DNA from: Candidatus Poribacteria bacterium
Lineage (GTDB): Bacteria > Poribacteria > WGA-4E > PCPOR2b
Direction of reading: 5' to 3'
Assembly: GCA_965116925.1 (NCBI GenBank)
Contig: OZ220744.1
Span: forward strand, 3,776,001 to 3,840,000
Length of the DNA stretch: 64,000 bases
Part shown: positions 49,812-60,251 of the stretch, in pieces
Position numbering within the stretch: position 1 is the first letter of the stretch
Layout: the number at the start of each line of letters is the position of its first letter
The notes under the pieces: model-generated
The model's input: only the letters and a program-made list of their open reading frames with translations
Database searches by the model: none
What the model was told of the DNA's origin: nothing
Translations under genes and position numbers: made by a program

Positions 49812-51455
49812 ATGAAAACCTTGCAAATTATCTTTACCTGTCTCATCCTATTAGTTGGACAGGTCACATTGGGCTATGCCGCTGTCCCTGATGTTGAGGG
49901 AGAGGTTGTTCCTAGGCCCGATGGCGGAAGCACCAGTTGGGGGCATTCCGTTGACATCAGTGGAACGACCTTTATTGCTGGGTACACCTCGCATAGGGGA
50001 CATAGTGGGGGTGCCTTCATCATGGAACGAGAGGGGAAGAGGTGGGAGACTTTAGACCACTTTAAGACCCCCGATGCGGGGACGATGGATTGGTACGGTT
50101 GTGCCGTTGCCCTTGAAGGTGACATTGCTGTCGTGGGTGCCTACGAACATGGTGGCAAAAGACGCAAGGCAGGCGCACTGTTAGGTGGCGGACCAGGATT
50201 AGTGTATGTCTACAAACGTGAAGCCAAAGGGTTTGAGGAAATGGCAAAACTTAAAGGCGAGGGTGTCCAAAACGATGACCGGTTCGGATATTCGGTTGAC
50301 CTCAGCGGGAAAATTCTCGTCGCTGGCACTCCTTTTCATGACGAGGAGAAAGGTGCTGTCTATGTTTACCAACTAGACGGTAAGCAATGGAAACAACAAG
50401 CCAAACTTCAGGCGGACGATGCGGGTGTAAAAAACCGATTCGGTTGGGACTGCGCGGTTCATGAAAACACGATAGTTGTCGGTGCCCCGCTCGCCGCTGC
50501 ACCTGCGAGACTCTCCGGCGCAGCGTATGTCTTTAAGCGGCAGGGGGACGCTTGGGCACAGGTAGCCAAGATTACCCCCGAAGATGGGGATGGCGGCGAT
50601 AGTTTCGGTGCTGCTGTTGATGTCAGCAGGGATCGAATCATCGTTGGAGCAAACAAAGACGAAAATGACGCGAAGAAGCGCAGCTCCGGCTCTGCCTATA
50701 TCTTCCAATTAGTTGGAGATGGCGTTACACAGGAGGCGAAGTTGACCGCGGACGAGCCTCAAGAAACTGCTAGCTTCGGGCATTCGGTTGCCCTTGATGT
50801 GAACCGTGCCCTCGTCGGCGCGCCTTTTGCAAATACGAAACGAGGCCTTAACTCCGGTGCTGCTTACGCCTTTTTGAAAGTGGGAGCCGATTGGGTGTTG
50901 CAGGCGAGAGTCATACCTGTGAAAGGACCAGATGAACCCGGTTTACCGGGTGGCGACAACATGGGCAGTGCCGTTGCCCTTGATGGTAAATTCGGACGAA
51001 GATTCAACTTCGCTGCCATCGGCGTTCAATGGGATAGTCAAGAGGGCGGGGGTGATGCCGGCTCCGTTTATATCTTTGATACGAGAGATGTCGACGGTCT
51101 CAACATACCGTTGTCGGTTGAGCCACGCGGTGACTTGGCACTGACGATGTTTGGGGATATCAAGCGGACAGCGTTGCTTCAAAACTTTCCCAATCCGTTC
51201 AACCCAGAGACGTGGATTCCTTATACCCTCGCTGATAATACAGATGTAAACGTTCGTATCTATGATGTCGAAGGTAAGTTGGTGCGTCATCTGGATATCG
51301 GTTACCAGCGGTCAGGACGGTATATCAGCAGAGAGAAAGCTGTCTATTGGGATGGTAGGGACCAACTGGGTGAGTCTGTTTCGAGTGGTGTCTATTTCTA
51401 TACCCTAAAGGCGGATAGGTTTTCAGACACCCGCCGCATGGTTATCCTGAAGTAG
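49812..51455 (+). CDS. FG-GAP repeat protein, copy 3
   Basis: Paralog of copy 1. Confidence 0.9.
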   Translation: MKTLQIIFTCLILLVGQVTLGYAAVPDVEGEVVPRPDGGSTSWGHSVDISGTTFIAGYTSHRGHSGGAFIMEREGKRWETLDHFKTPDAGTMDWYGCAVALEGDIAVVGAYEHGGKRRKAGALLGGGPGLVYVYKREAKGFEEMAKLKGEGVQNDDRFGYSVDLSGKILVAGTPFHDEEKGAVYVYQLDGKQWKQQAKLQADDAGVKNRFGWDCAVHENTIVVGAPLAAAPARLSGAAYVFKRQGDAWAQVAKITPEDGDGGDSFGAAVDVSRDRIIVGANKDENDAKKRSSGSAYIFQLVGDGVTQEAKLTADEPQETASFGHSVALDVNRALVGAPFANTKRGLNSGAAYAFLKVGADWVLQARVIPVKGPDEPGLPGGDNMGSAVALDGKFGRRFNFAAIGVQWDSQEGGGDAGSVYIFDTRDVDGLNIPLSVEPRGDLALTMFGDIKRTALLQNFPNPFNPETWIPYTLADNTDVNVRIYDVEGKLVRHLDIGYQRSGRYISREKAVYWDGRDQLGESVSSGVYFYTLKADRFSDTRRMVILK

Positions 51456-51670
51456 CTATCCTTATCGAATCTAAAACCAGATTTGGAGTAGATACTCGTC
51501 CCTGATCCAAAATTGAGAACGGGTATCTGAACCTATTTTTGGGCGGTTGTCGTATTGGGCAGGTCGTTGAACACTTCGTATTTCAGCGAGCCCGAACGGC
51601 ATTATGAGCAATATTATCGAGTTATGGGTTTAGAGCGAATTGGTAAATTCGGAATTCGTTTCTAAAAGTA

Positions 51671-51699
51671 TTGCCTTTTATTTTTATTTATGATATAAT
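51671..51699 (+). promoter_or_regulatory. Sigma-70 promoter of the LamG gene
   Basis: TTGCCT-17-TATAAT with extended TG. Confidence 0.65.
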
Positions 51700-51892
51700 T
51701 TCCAGTGTCTTATATAGTGGTAGATCCAAAATGGATTTTAGGGGTTTGTTCTCCGATAATTTTTTTGAATCGGAGCGTTCCCTAGCAGATATGATGATGA
51801 ACTTCCATTATCATAAATTTAGTTTTAGAGTCAATTGAATTTCAGATTTTGACTCTAGAATTTCATTAACCTCAATATAAGGAGGAATTAAA

Positions 51893-52729
51893 TTGAAACG
51901 CCTACTATTTGTTACACTCGCAATAACTTTAGTTGCAGGTGGCTATGCAACCGCTCAGATGGCGGTATTTATTGATGGTGCTGACTTTGAGAGTTATGTG
52001 TCAGCACCGCATGACCCGTGTTTCTTCGACGATGACCTCTGTTGTCCGTTTACCTTTGAATCATGGTTCAAACCCTTTGACTCTCAAGGGGAGCGAATGA
52101 TTCTCAACAAAGAGGATCATTGGGAAAGTGCTAACAAGGATGGCCTCTTCCAATCTGCTATCGCAGGTGCGAAAGAGGACGGCAAAAATAACGGTTGGGC
52201 ATGGGAAAACAGTGGTCTCGGTGTCGGGGTCAATGTTTGGAACCACGGCGCAGTTGTCTGGGATCCGCCAAAAGTCCATATGTTTCTCAATGGCAAACAG
52301 GGGGACGATGGCGAGCACGCTGGCAATAAACTGGCTTGGGCGCATGAAGATACGTTCAAGATGGGAAGGCGCGAACGTGGTGGTGCGACGCACTCTGTCT
52401 ACCACGGACTGATTGACGAGGTCCGTATCTCAAAAGGTGCCCGCTACAAAGGCGACTATGAGGTTCCTAAAACCGAGTGGGTGCCAGATGCGGATACAAG
52501 AGCCCTCTATCATCTGAACGAAGTAGAAGGCGCAGCGACAATTGTCAATTTTGCCAAAGAGGGTGGCCACGCCAAACCGTGCCCGGATGCTGTTCTCGAA
52601 GGGGCAGTTGAGTTGTGGGACGTTGGTCTTGGTAGCGGACACGAACAACCGTTTGAGCCGTTCTCTGTTGAGCCCGGTGGCAAGATGACGACGACGTGGG
52701 GACACGTTAAAGACCGTCCAGTATATTAA
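51893..52729 (+). CDS. Secreted LamG/concanavalin-like domain protein
   Basis: Signal peptide, FTFESWFKP, WNHGAVVWD, GLIDEVRIS, tail SVEPGGKMTTTWGHVK; SD AAGGAGG. Confidence 0.85.
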   Translation: MKRLLFVTLAITLVAGGYATAQMAVFIDGADFESYVSAPHDPCFFDDDLCCPFTFESWFKPFDSQGERMILNKEDHWESANKDGLFQSAIAGAKEDGKNNGWAWENSGLGVGVNVWNHGAVVWDPPKVHMFLNGKQGDDGEHAGNKLAWAHEDTFKMGRRERGGATHSVYHGLIDEVRISKGARYKGDYEVPKTEWVPDADTRALYHLNEVEGAATIVNFAKEGGHAKPCPDAVLEGAVELWDVGLGSGHEQPFEPFSVEPGGKMTTTWGHVKDRPVY

Positions 52730-52771
52730 AAAAATGTGATGCGTAAACCGCGTATCTTCAATGATGTTAAG

Positions 52772-52805
52772 AGGGGCGAAACTGAAAATGTTCGCCCCTT
52801 TTTTT
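52772..52805 (+). terminator. Rho-independent terminator
   Basis: AGGGGCGAA/TTCGCCCCT stem then T-run. Confidence 0.8.
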
Positions 52806-52862
52806 ATTGCTTGCATGTAGGGTTGAGATTTGATAACATGAGGTTGTAGGGGGATAGAGTCG

Positions 52863-53738
52863 ATGAGTCGTTTCACTATAGTAGCGGTTACACTGCTGTT
52901 CTTCAGTGCTGTAACTGACTCCGTCTCGAATCCTGCGCTTGACCTTGGTGATCACCTCTTTGCGTTGGGAGATTACAACGCGGCGATTACGGAATACAAG
53001 CGGTTTCTATTTTTCGATGCCGACCCTCCGCAGGCGGGTGAGGTACAGTTCAAAATTGGCTTGGCATACCGCGCTCAGGAGTGGTGGGCGGAAGCGGCTG
53101 AAGCGATGATTGCGGCAGTCCAATTGACAACGGAAACCGAATTGCAGGCGGAGAGGCGGGTTGAGCTCGCTGTGACACTGATTGCTAGTGGCACCTACGA
53201 TCTCGCGCTAGTAGAACTGATCAAGGTTGATATGCAGAGCCAGTCGGCACGGTTGCGTCAACGCGCTCGTTTCTTACGGGGGATTGCCTATCTGTATCAG
53301 TTCAAGTGGGAACAGGCGCGATCGGTGTTTCACGCGTATTTCGATAAAATTCCCAGTGCAGCGGGAGCTGCTACTGAGATTGACAGGCTCTTTTTAGATG
53401 CTCATGGTCGGTCACAGAAGTCGGAAAAGGTGGCGCGGCTGCTCTCTACCCTTTTGCCAGGGCTAGGACAGACTTACGCTGGCGACTGGAAAAATGGGTT
53501 GAATGCCCTGCTTCTCAATGGAGTGCTCGGTTACGTTACCCTTGATGCTGCAATCGAACGAGACTATGACGACGCGCTCCTTTCGTTCTTCTTTCTGTTT
53601 CACCGCTATTATTCGGGGAACCGTTACCGCGCAGCAGAGGCAGCGCAGACGTTCAACGATCGGGAAAATCGCCAGCATGTCGAGAAAATTTTGCAAGCCT
53701 TGGCAATTCAATTCGCACAAGATAAGCGCAGGGAATGA
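52863..53738 (+). CDS. TPR-repeat membrane protein
   Basis: GDYNAAITEYKRF TPRs; LS..LPGLGQ.Y.G membrane motif. Confidence 0.75.
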   Translation: MSRFTIVAVTLLFFSAVTDSVSNPALDLGDHLFALGDYNAAITEYKRFLFFDADPPQAGEVQFKIGLAYRAQEWWAEAAEAMIAAVQLTTETELQAERRVELAVTLIASGTYDLALVELIKVDMQSQSARLRQRARFLRGIAYLYQFKWEQARSVFHAYFDKIPSAAGAATEIDRLFLDAHGRSQKSEKVARLLSTLLPGLGQTYAGDWKNGLNALLLNGVLGYVTLDAAIERDYDDALLSFFFLFHRYYSGNRYRAAEAAQTFNDRENRQHVEKILQALAIQFAQDKRRE

Positions 53739-53801
53739 GACAGATGCTTGAGTCCTATACCTTGCCCTCCCGATCAAGATAAAAAAATTGGACTGTTTCT
53801 C

Positions 53802-54566
53802 ATGCTCATAGATTCGCACGCCCACATTCAATTAGATAAATTTGATGCAGATCGGGGAGCTGTTTTGGAACGAGCTCAAGAGGCCGGGGTGCACGCGATG
53901 ATGGTCATCGGATTTGATCTGGAGACCAGTCGTGGGGCAATTGCGCTCGCAGAAAAATATGATCAGATCTACGCGACCGTTGGTATGCATCCACATGATG
54001 CGAAAGATCTGGCTGACGAAACTGTGTGTATCTTTCGCGACCTTGCTGCACACCCGAAAGTCGTGGGACTCGGCGAGATGGGTTTGGATTACTACCGAGA
54101 TCTCTCTCCCCGTCCGATTCAGAAAACAGCGTTTGAACGTCAGTTAGATCTGGCGGAGGAATTGGACCTCCCGATAGTGATCCATAACCGTGAAGCCTAC
54201 CACGACATCCTCCCAATTTTGCAGGCGCGGCGCGGCAGGGTACGTGGTGTGATGCACTGTTTTTCGGGTGATGTTGAAATTATGCGCCAGAGCCTTGCAC
54301 TCGGATTTCACATCGGCATCGGTGGTCCGGTGACTTATCGCAAGTCAGACGCTTTGCAGGAGGTCGCTCAAAAAGTTCCCGCGGATGCCTTACTAGTGGA
54401 AACGGATTGTCCATGGCTAGCACCACAATTTCGACGCGGGAAGCGCAACGAGCCGGCGTATGTTCGTGCAACAGCAGAGAAGATTGCCGAACTGCGCGGC
54501 ATGTCGCTAGAAGAAATTGGTGAGATAACGACACAAAATTTTGAAGGGTTATTTATCACGTCATGA
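53802..54566 (+). CDS. tatD: TatD family deoxyribonuclease
   Basis: IDSHAH, VGMHPH, GEMGLDY, IHNREA, HCFSG, ETDCPWL. Confidence 0.92.
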   Translation: MLIDSHAHIQLDKFDADRGAVLERAQEAGVHAMMVIGFDLETSRGAIALAEKYDQIYATVGMHPHDAKDLADETVCIFRDLAAHPKVVGLGEMGLDYYRDLSPRPIQKTAFERQLDLAEELDLPIVIHNREAYHDILPILQARRGRVRGVMHCFSGDVEIMRQSLALGFHIGIGGPVTYRKSDALQEVAQKVPADALLVETDCPWLAPQFRRGKRNEPAYVRATAEKIAELRGMSLEEIGEITTQNFEGLFITS

Positions 54567-54656
54567 GTTCAACTTAATGCACGGTATGAGTTTCTCGAAA
54601 CGTAGGCGTTATTGTAAATTTAATTCATATCGGATATTTTAGAGGAGAGTTATTCG

Positions 54657-55760
54657 ATGAAAATCACAAAGGTCGAGACATTTTTAGTTAAACCGCGTTG
54701 GCTCTTTTTGAAGATTCACACCGACGAGGGATTGGTGGGGCTTGGTGAACCGATCCTCGAAGGACGTGCCAAGACCTGTGCACAGGCTGTCGATGAGCTT
54801 GCACCTTATCTGATTGGCAAAGATCCACGGCGCGTTGTCCACCACTGGCAGGCGATGTATCGCCACGCCTTCTATCGTGGGGGTCCCATCATGACGAGTG
54901 CATTGAGTGGCGTAGATCAAGCACTCTGGGATCTTGCGGGGAAGTCGCTCGGCGTTCCTGTCTATCAGTTGTTGGGCGGTCCGACACGCGATCGCATCCG
55001 TTTGTACAAAGGTGGCGGTGATCCTGAGACCATCAAAGAGTGGGTTGATAAAGGGTTCACAGCATTTAAGACAGGTGTTGCTGGTGGAAGACCTGCTCGA
55101 CTAATTGAATCGAAAGGATTTGTAGACCGTGCCGCTGAACGATTTGCTGCATTGCGCGAGGCCGCTGGACCTGATGTCGATATTGGCATTGACTTCCACG
55201 GTGCAATCAGTCCGCAGACAGCAAAACTGCTGATTCGTGCGTTAGAGCCTTACCAGCCGATGTTTATTGAGGAACCGTGTCAGTGCCAAAATGTAGATGT
55301 AATGGCAGAAATTGCGCGGGGCACACATTTGCCGATTGCTACCGGGGAACGGATTTTCACTAAGTGGGGCTTCCGTGAAATATTGGAGAAGGGTGCAGCT
55401 TCTATCCTTCAGCCAGACTTATGCCATGCAGGTGGAATCAGTGAAGTCCGAATCATTGCAGGTATGGCGGAGGCATACTACGCTGGTCTCGCGCCTCACA
55501 ATCCATTGGGACCAATTTCGCTTGCGGCGTGCATTCAGTTAGATGCCTCGATTCCCAACTTCCTCGCACAAGAGCATACAACGTTAGGGGAGGGTTACCT
55601 CAAGAACCCGTTTGTTTTCAAGGACGGCTTCGTGGAGTTACCGACGGGTCCCGGTTTGGGGATTGAACTTGATGAAGATGCGATGGAGGATAAGATCGAC
55701 CACGACTGGCAGAACGCCCAGACCTATGATCCAGATGATGGGTCAGTGATTGATTGGTAG
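54657..55760 (+). CDS. dgoD: Galactonate dehydratase (mandelate racemase/enolase superfamily)
   Basis: PRWLFLKI.TDEG..G.GEP, FYRGGP, DFHG, FIEEP, ATGER, APHNPLGPI. Confidence 0.85.
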   Translation: MKITKVETFLVKPRWLFLKIHTDEGLVGLGEPILEGRAKTCAQAVDELAPYLIGKDPRRVVHHWQAMYRHAFYRGGPIMTSALSGVDQALWDLAGKSLGVPVYQLLGGPTRDRIRLYKGGGDPETIKEWVDKGFTAFKTGVAGGRPARLIESKGFVDRAAERFAALREAAGPDVDIGIDFHGAISPQTAKLLIRALEPYQPMFIEEPCQCQNVDVMAEIARGTHLPIATGERIFTKWGFREILEKGAASILQPDLCHAGGISEVRIIAGMAEAYYAGLAPHNPLGPISLAACIQLDASIPNFLAQEHTTLGEGYLKNPFVFKDGFVELPTGPGLGIELDEDAMEDKIDHDWQNAQTYDPDDGSVIDW

Positions 55761-55894
55761 TTTGCGTGTTTGTTCATTGGTTCATTGAATGAAGTTCTGA
55801 ACTCTTGAACGCTTAACCGATGGGGAAACGACATCCTCATCAACCCACACCAAGGGTTAATGCGGGAAATTGACTAAAACTAAGGAGGCGTGCA

Positions 55895-56665
55895 ATGCTA
55901 ACAGCAGAGCAGGAATCGTATTTTGACACTTTCGGCTTTCTCTTTATGCGGCAGTACTTCTCGCCGGAGGAGATGAGCGAGATTACGCATCAGTTCGACA
56001 AGGTGCTGACGGAAGAACGTGGTGGCAAGCCCTTCACCGGGGAAGAACAGGGTACGACAACCATCGTTGAACACAGCTCCTTTTTTACGCAGCTTGTTGA
56101 AGACGATCGCATCTATGAGGTCATTGAACAGTTGATGCCGGGCGAGTTCATCTGGTCTGGTTCTGAAGGCAACCTTACTGCTCACAGCGAGCACCGATGG
56201 CATGCGGATCGACAAGGCGTCGCAGAGGTTGATTACCTGCGCATCAAGGTGATGGTCTATCTCGATCCAGTGACGAAAGATCGAGGCTGCTTGCGCGTTA
56301 TCCCCGGTTCACATCGGCTGCCGCTCCACATGGATCTTGGACCACTAATCGCTCAGAAAGCGGATTCGAGCCCAAGTACCTTCGGAGTTTCCGGATCAGA
56401 ATTGCCATGCTTTCCGCTTGAAGCGCAGCCGGGTGATGTTGTATTCTTCAATCACTGTCTGTGGCACGGGATGTTCGGGGGTTGGGCGGGGCGTCGCTAT
56501 ATCGCTCTAAAATTCGCCGCCAAGCCGACAACTGAAGCGCACATGGCTTCTCTGCGGCGTTGGTCACCCTATGCTCTGAAGCCTAATGCGGCATTTATAA
56601 ATAGTGATAGACCGCGAGTTCAGAACATGATGAAAGGCGTTCCGGGGGTTGGATCGGGCGGCTAA
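55895..56665 (+). CDS. Phytanoyl-CoA dioxygenase family protein (PhyH)
   Basis: WHAD, YLDPVT...GCLRVIPGSH, QPGDVVFFNHCLWHG. Confidence 0.9.
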   Translation: MLTAEQESYFDTFGFLFMRQYFSPEEMSEITHQFDKVLTEERGGKPFTGEEQGTTTIVEHSSFFTQLVEDDRIYEVIEQLMPGEFIWSGSEGNLTAHSEHRWHADRQGVAEVDYLRIKVMVYLDPVTKDRGCLRVIPGSHRLPLHMDLGPLIAQKADSSPSTFGVSGSELPCFPLEAQPGDVVFFNHCLWHGMFGGWAGRRYIALKFAAKPTTEAHMASLRRWSPYALKPNAAFINSDRPRVQNMMKGVPGVGSGG

Positions 56666-56925
56666 TTGTGGGGATTGATATGTTCTAGTTTAACGGTGGG
56701 TACGGTCACCGCAAGGGTCGGTTGAAAATCTATTGCAAATATTCTGATTATACCTCTGCCTGCTTCGGATCACGGATGAAAAGCGCGGTCAAGATGGTCG
56801 CGAGTGTAGCGACGATAAGAACGGGGTGGAAATCCTAAAACTACCAAACCGCAACCTTTTAGCGTTGCCGATAACGCTATTGTTAGGCATAACACGTCTC
56901 CTTACCTTTTGCCGTGTGTGCAGTT

Positions 56926-58488
56926 CTATCCTTTCTTAAAGGTAACGACTTCTGGCAATGGCATATAGTTCTGTTTTTCAAGGAGTGCGAGGAGTTTCTG
57001 AGATTGCTGGCGTGATACCACGAAATCCGTTGGGGAAATCTCACCGAGAATATACCTCCCAATCTGTTTGGAGGTTTTGATTTCTTGGGCGATATGCACG
57101 TTTTTGCAGCGTAGCAGCATCACATCCATTAAATAGATCTGACCATACTGTTCTGCCCAATCTTTGATAGAGATCTCAACATTTTGCGGAATACCCGTTT
57201 TGGAATGAGTTTGCAAAAATATCAAGATTTCATCAAAGGAGAAGCCTGAACGCAAGCCGTTGTAGATTGATTGGGCGGAGAGTTTATAGGTGGACATCTG
57301 ATCTGCTTGATGGAGTTCTGCAATATGATTGAGCTTCCAGCGAAGTTCGGGTGCTAGATAACTTGAGGCAAGCACCTCGTGATTGGGTTGAACAATAAAC
57401 GATGATTCAAACTCGTAATTCTCAATCGGTTCGTCATAGAAAAGGCGTCGTCCGATATCTGTTACCTGAATTGCAACATCATCCCCTAGATGGGCAAATG
57501 TAATCCCTCCCATATAGGTTAGGTGGTTAACTAAGGAACGTTCAAGCTGAGAATAAAGGGTTTGCCTCCAAGTAGCACTCACTGCGAATGTGGAGATTTG
57601 ATCTTGAATCGAGGAAAGCAGGACCCACTGTTCTGGGGAGAGAATGCGCACAATGGATTGTGCAATTGGCACTGATGGGTCTTTCGACATGCCATGTTCC
57701 AACCAGTGGTTGTATATGTCCAAGAGTTTTTCTGGATCGGTTTTTTGGATCCATTCCTTGCCGGCTTCACTACATACTAGGTCAGCATCCTGTCGATAAA
57801 TGAGTTTTTGGTGTCGGCAAAAATCAAAGATCAGAGCTAAACGATCCGGATTTTCCGCCGCTGGGTTGATCCGATCGTAGACTTTTGGTGTGTCGTTCGG
57901 CACTTCAAAATGTTTGAGAAGATGTTTCTGGGTATGCTTGTAGATGCTGCCTTGTTGCGTCTGCCGTATTCCGTATTGGGAGGCAAAGCAGAGGAAGGTA
58001 AAAGTATCCCGGACCAGTGCAAAACCGTCATTGCGAATATTCATGGGCGTTTCTTTGGGGTGCCTCAGGGTCACGCTCATATCTTCCGCGAAAATTTCTT
58101 GTAGCAACAAACGCAGGTCAGCCGGGACAATATAGTGATATTGCATACCGCTTGCTGCGAATGTGAAAATAAAGCCTGATTCGGCGAGGGTATGCAGAAT
58201 TTCGGCACCTCTGCTAGACCAACCGCGGCTCATTTGATTAACCTTCCGATTGAATAGATGAAACGGAACCCCCGTTTCCCCGCATGAGAAGGCAAGGATC
58301 ATCAGCACTAAACGCTCGTAAGAGTTAAGGCGCGCTACCAAGTCTTTCAAGAATGCTGGATTAAGAAATCTCTCAACAATTTGATGGCGCAACTTTGATG
58401 CCGGAAGTCGATCCGTTAATCCTATCCGGCGTGCGGCTCGTTGGCAGTATGCTTTGGAGGCGTTCTTAAGGAAATCTCTATAGTTCAT
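56926..58488 (-). CDS. Helicase-associated (XPB/Ssl2-N-like) domain protein
   Basis: C-terminal IVQPN.EV...Y.L...SI..G...FL..HS...IPQNV...I.DW...YG. Confidence 0.75.
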   Translation of the reverse strand: MNYRDFLKNASKAYCQRAARRIGLTDRLPASKLRHQIVERFLNPAFLKDLVARLNSYERLVLMILAFSCGETGVPFHLFNRKVNQMSRGWSSRGAEILHTLAESGFIFTFAASGMQYHYIVPADLRLLLQEIFAEDMSVTLRHPKETPMNIRNDGFALVRDTFTFLCFASQYGIRQTQQGSIYKHTQKHLLKHFEVPNDTPKVYDRINPAAENPDRLALIFDFCRHQKLIYRQDADLVCSEAGKEWIQKTDPEKLLDIYNHWLEHGMSKDPSVPIAQSIVRILSPEQWVLLSSIQDQISTFAVSATWRQTLYSQLERSLVNHLTYMGGITFAHLGDDVAIQVTDIGRRLFYDEPIENYEFESSFIVQPNHEVLASSYLAPELRWKLNHIAELHQADQMSTYKLSAQSIYNGLRSGFSFDEILIFLQTHSKTGIPQNVEISIKDWAEQYGQIYLMDVMLLRCKNVHIAQEIKTSKQIGRYILGEISPTDFVVSRQQSQKLLALLEKQNYMPLPEVVTFKKG

Positions 58489-58688
58489 TGTGTGCTCAAC
58501 TGCTCCTGATCGGAGATTGGGTGAAAGGTAAATTATAGCATACCAGCATCACAAAACAAGCCTTATTTTTGGTTTTCGGTCCGTAAGGAAAAAGGTTGAA
58601 AAATGGGCTACAGGCACTGAAGATGCTGAGTGAGTCTATTATTGAGTTTGTTGTTTCGCGCTATATATCGCATAGATGGAGGGAATCG

Positions 58689-60110
58689 ATGAAATCATCT
58701 AAATATCACGTTTGGAAGTGGCGAATTGCCTTGATGACATTGGCAGCCTGGATCTGCCTTGATGGCGTGGAATTAATCACACAAGCGCAGGTGCAACCCC
58801 CCCGTCGTAGAAGAGGGTTAATGATCAGTCCAGAGGCCTTAAAGAAAAGGGAGGAACCAACGGTTGATATTGGGAAAAGCCTCGTGGAAATTGCCCAGCG
58901 TGCAAGCCGTCAAAGCGCGAACCAGATGGTAGATTTGGTGCTTATTATTGATGGAAGTTTGGCGATGAAAGGTCCGGGCAAGATAGTCGAAGAACGGATT
59001 GTTGATATAGCGAATGCCTTTGAAGAATCGATGGTTGATTATCGGTTTGGGCTCGTTTGGTTTCAAGATGCTGGTAAAACATCACGGATCACAGTCAAAC
59101 CGTTGCAGCGAGGACTCACTGAACTTGAAGACGACTTTCGCAATTTACCACCACCGAAATTTAAAGGGCGTGCCGCTGGACACGGGCTCGACGCGATTAT
59201 GAAAGGTATTGAAGATTTGCAATTCCGGTGGGATGCCGAAAAGCACCTCGTTGTTGTGACAAACTCAAAATTGCAAACGTCTTGGGAAGGAAAAGACGGG
59301 AAAAATCAGGTTATCGGGAAGATTCTGGATTGGTGTAAAAAAGAGGAAATTCGGATTAACATCATCGGAGTCAGCGAAGAGATACAGATGCAGTTGACTG
59401 ACCTGACCGACGGGAAGTGGTACGCTATTGACAAATATCAACGTAGGGTTGACCATGCCCCTCTGATAGATAAATCTATAACTAAGATTGATGGAATTTT
59501 CAGACGCATCGCTCAACATATCGCTGCAACGGCGGAACAACCCGTCGATCTGATATTTGTGTATGACTCCAGCTTGAGCATGAACGAAAAAGTGAATGAA
59601 ACTTGCATGGGACTGGATACATTGGTCGAGGTTCTGGATAGTGAGGGGATAGATTATCGATTTGGAATCATCCGGTTCTGGGCACAGTCAGGAGGCGGTG
59701 AAAGTTTGATTACGATAACGCAACCGCCATTAAGTGCTGAACAGGTGAAAAAACTGTTTCAGAGACCGAAGCGCGGCGACGAACATCTGTTGGATGCAAT
59801 TATGGAAGGTGTACCCAAACTGCAAACACCTGATGATCGGAAGCTCGTACTCTTTATCGTTACCGATGAGCCCTCTAGCAGTGGACCGGGAACAAAATAT
59901 ACGTCTATGAGGGCAGTCGAAGTCTGTCGCAGCGTTGACGCGCAAGTCAATGCTATCGGAGGAGTGGGATCGATGGGTTCTGTACATGATTCAGCCGATG
60001 CTCATGGGGTTTCTGACGAATTCCAGCGACGTGCTCCTGCAGCCACAAACGGACAACATTACATCATGCCGGGGGCCGCGGTGCTATTTCAGAGTCGGCT
60101 CATTAGGTAA
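58689..60110 (+). CDS. Exported tandem-VWA domain protein
   Basis: Two MIDAS-like motifs (IDGSLAM, YDSSLSM), DYRFG in both halves, VTDE. Confidence 0.78.
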   Translation: MKSSKYHVWKWRIALMTLAAWICLDGVELITQAQVQPPRRRRGLMISPEALKKREEPTVDIGKSLVEIAQRASRQSANQMVDLVLIIDGSLAMKGPGKIVEERIVDIANAFEESMVDYRFGLVWFQDAGKTSRITVKPLQRGLTELEDDFRNLPPPKFKGRAAGHGLDAIMKGIEDLQFRWDAEKHLVVVTNSKLQTSWEGKDGKNQVIGKILDWCKKEEIRINIIGVSEEIQMQLTDLTDGKWYAIDKYQRRVDHAPLIDKSITKIDGIFRRIAQHIAATAEQPVDLIFVYDSSLSMNEKVNETCMGLDTLVEVLDSEGIDYRFGIIRFWAQSGGGESLITITQPPLSAEQVKKLFQRPKRGDEHLLDAIMEGVPKLQTPDDRKLVLFIVTDEPSSSGPGTKYTSMRAVEVCRSVDAQVNAIGGVGSMGSVHDSADAHGVSDEFQRRAPAATNGQHYIMPGAAVLFQSRLIR

Positions 60111-60186
60111 GCGGTTAATTGATTGAAAATCTGTCCCCTGTAATTTATCGAGTTAGCAACGGATGCCTGTTGACCATACATGGAAG

Positions 60187-60251
60187 TTTGGTAGGCGCTG
60201 TTTCCAACTGCGCCGATTTGGAGTGTTTCATTAATTCTAAAATCTACTATA
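60187..60251 (-). mobile_element. Truncated Correia-like MITE, copy 3
   Basis: Reverse complement of the first ~65 bp of the 8072/13337 element; flanked by a 33-bp direct repeat. Confidence 0.78.

Noticed and set aside
46064..51455. Diversity-generating retroelement acting on the FG-GAP copies
   Set aside because: No reverse transcriptase in the window and differences are not adenine-specific
51732..51744. Near match (TGGATTTTAGGGG) to the predicted TnpB2 guide
   Set aside because: One-base gap early in the match and no TTAC/TTAA-like motif 5' of it; probably chance
56666..56925. Possible ncRNA, attC site or small ORF (GTTAGGC present; hydrophobic fragment on the minus strand)
   Set aside because: No full attC symmetry and no integrase; frames are short and broken, at most a gene remnant
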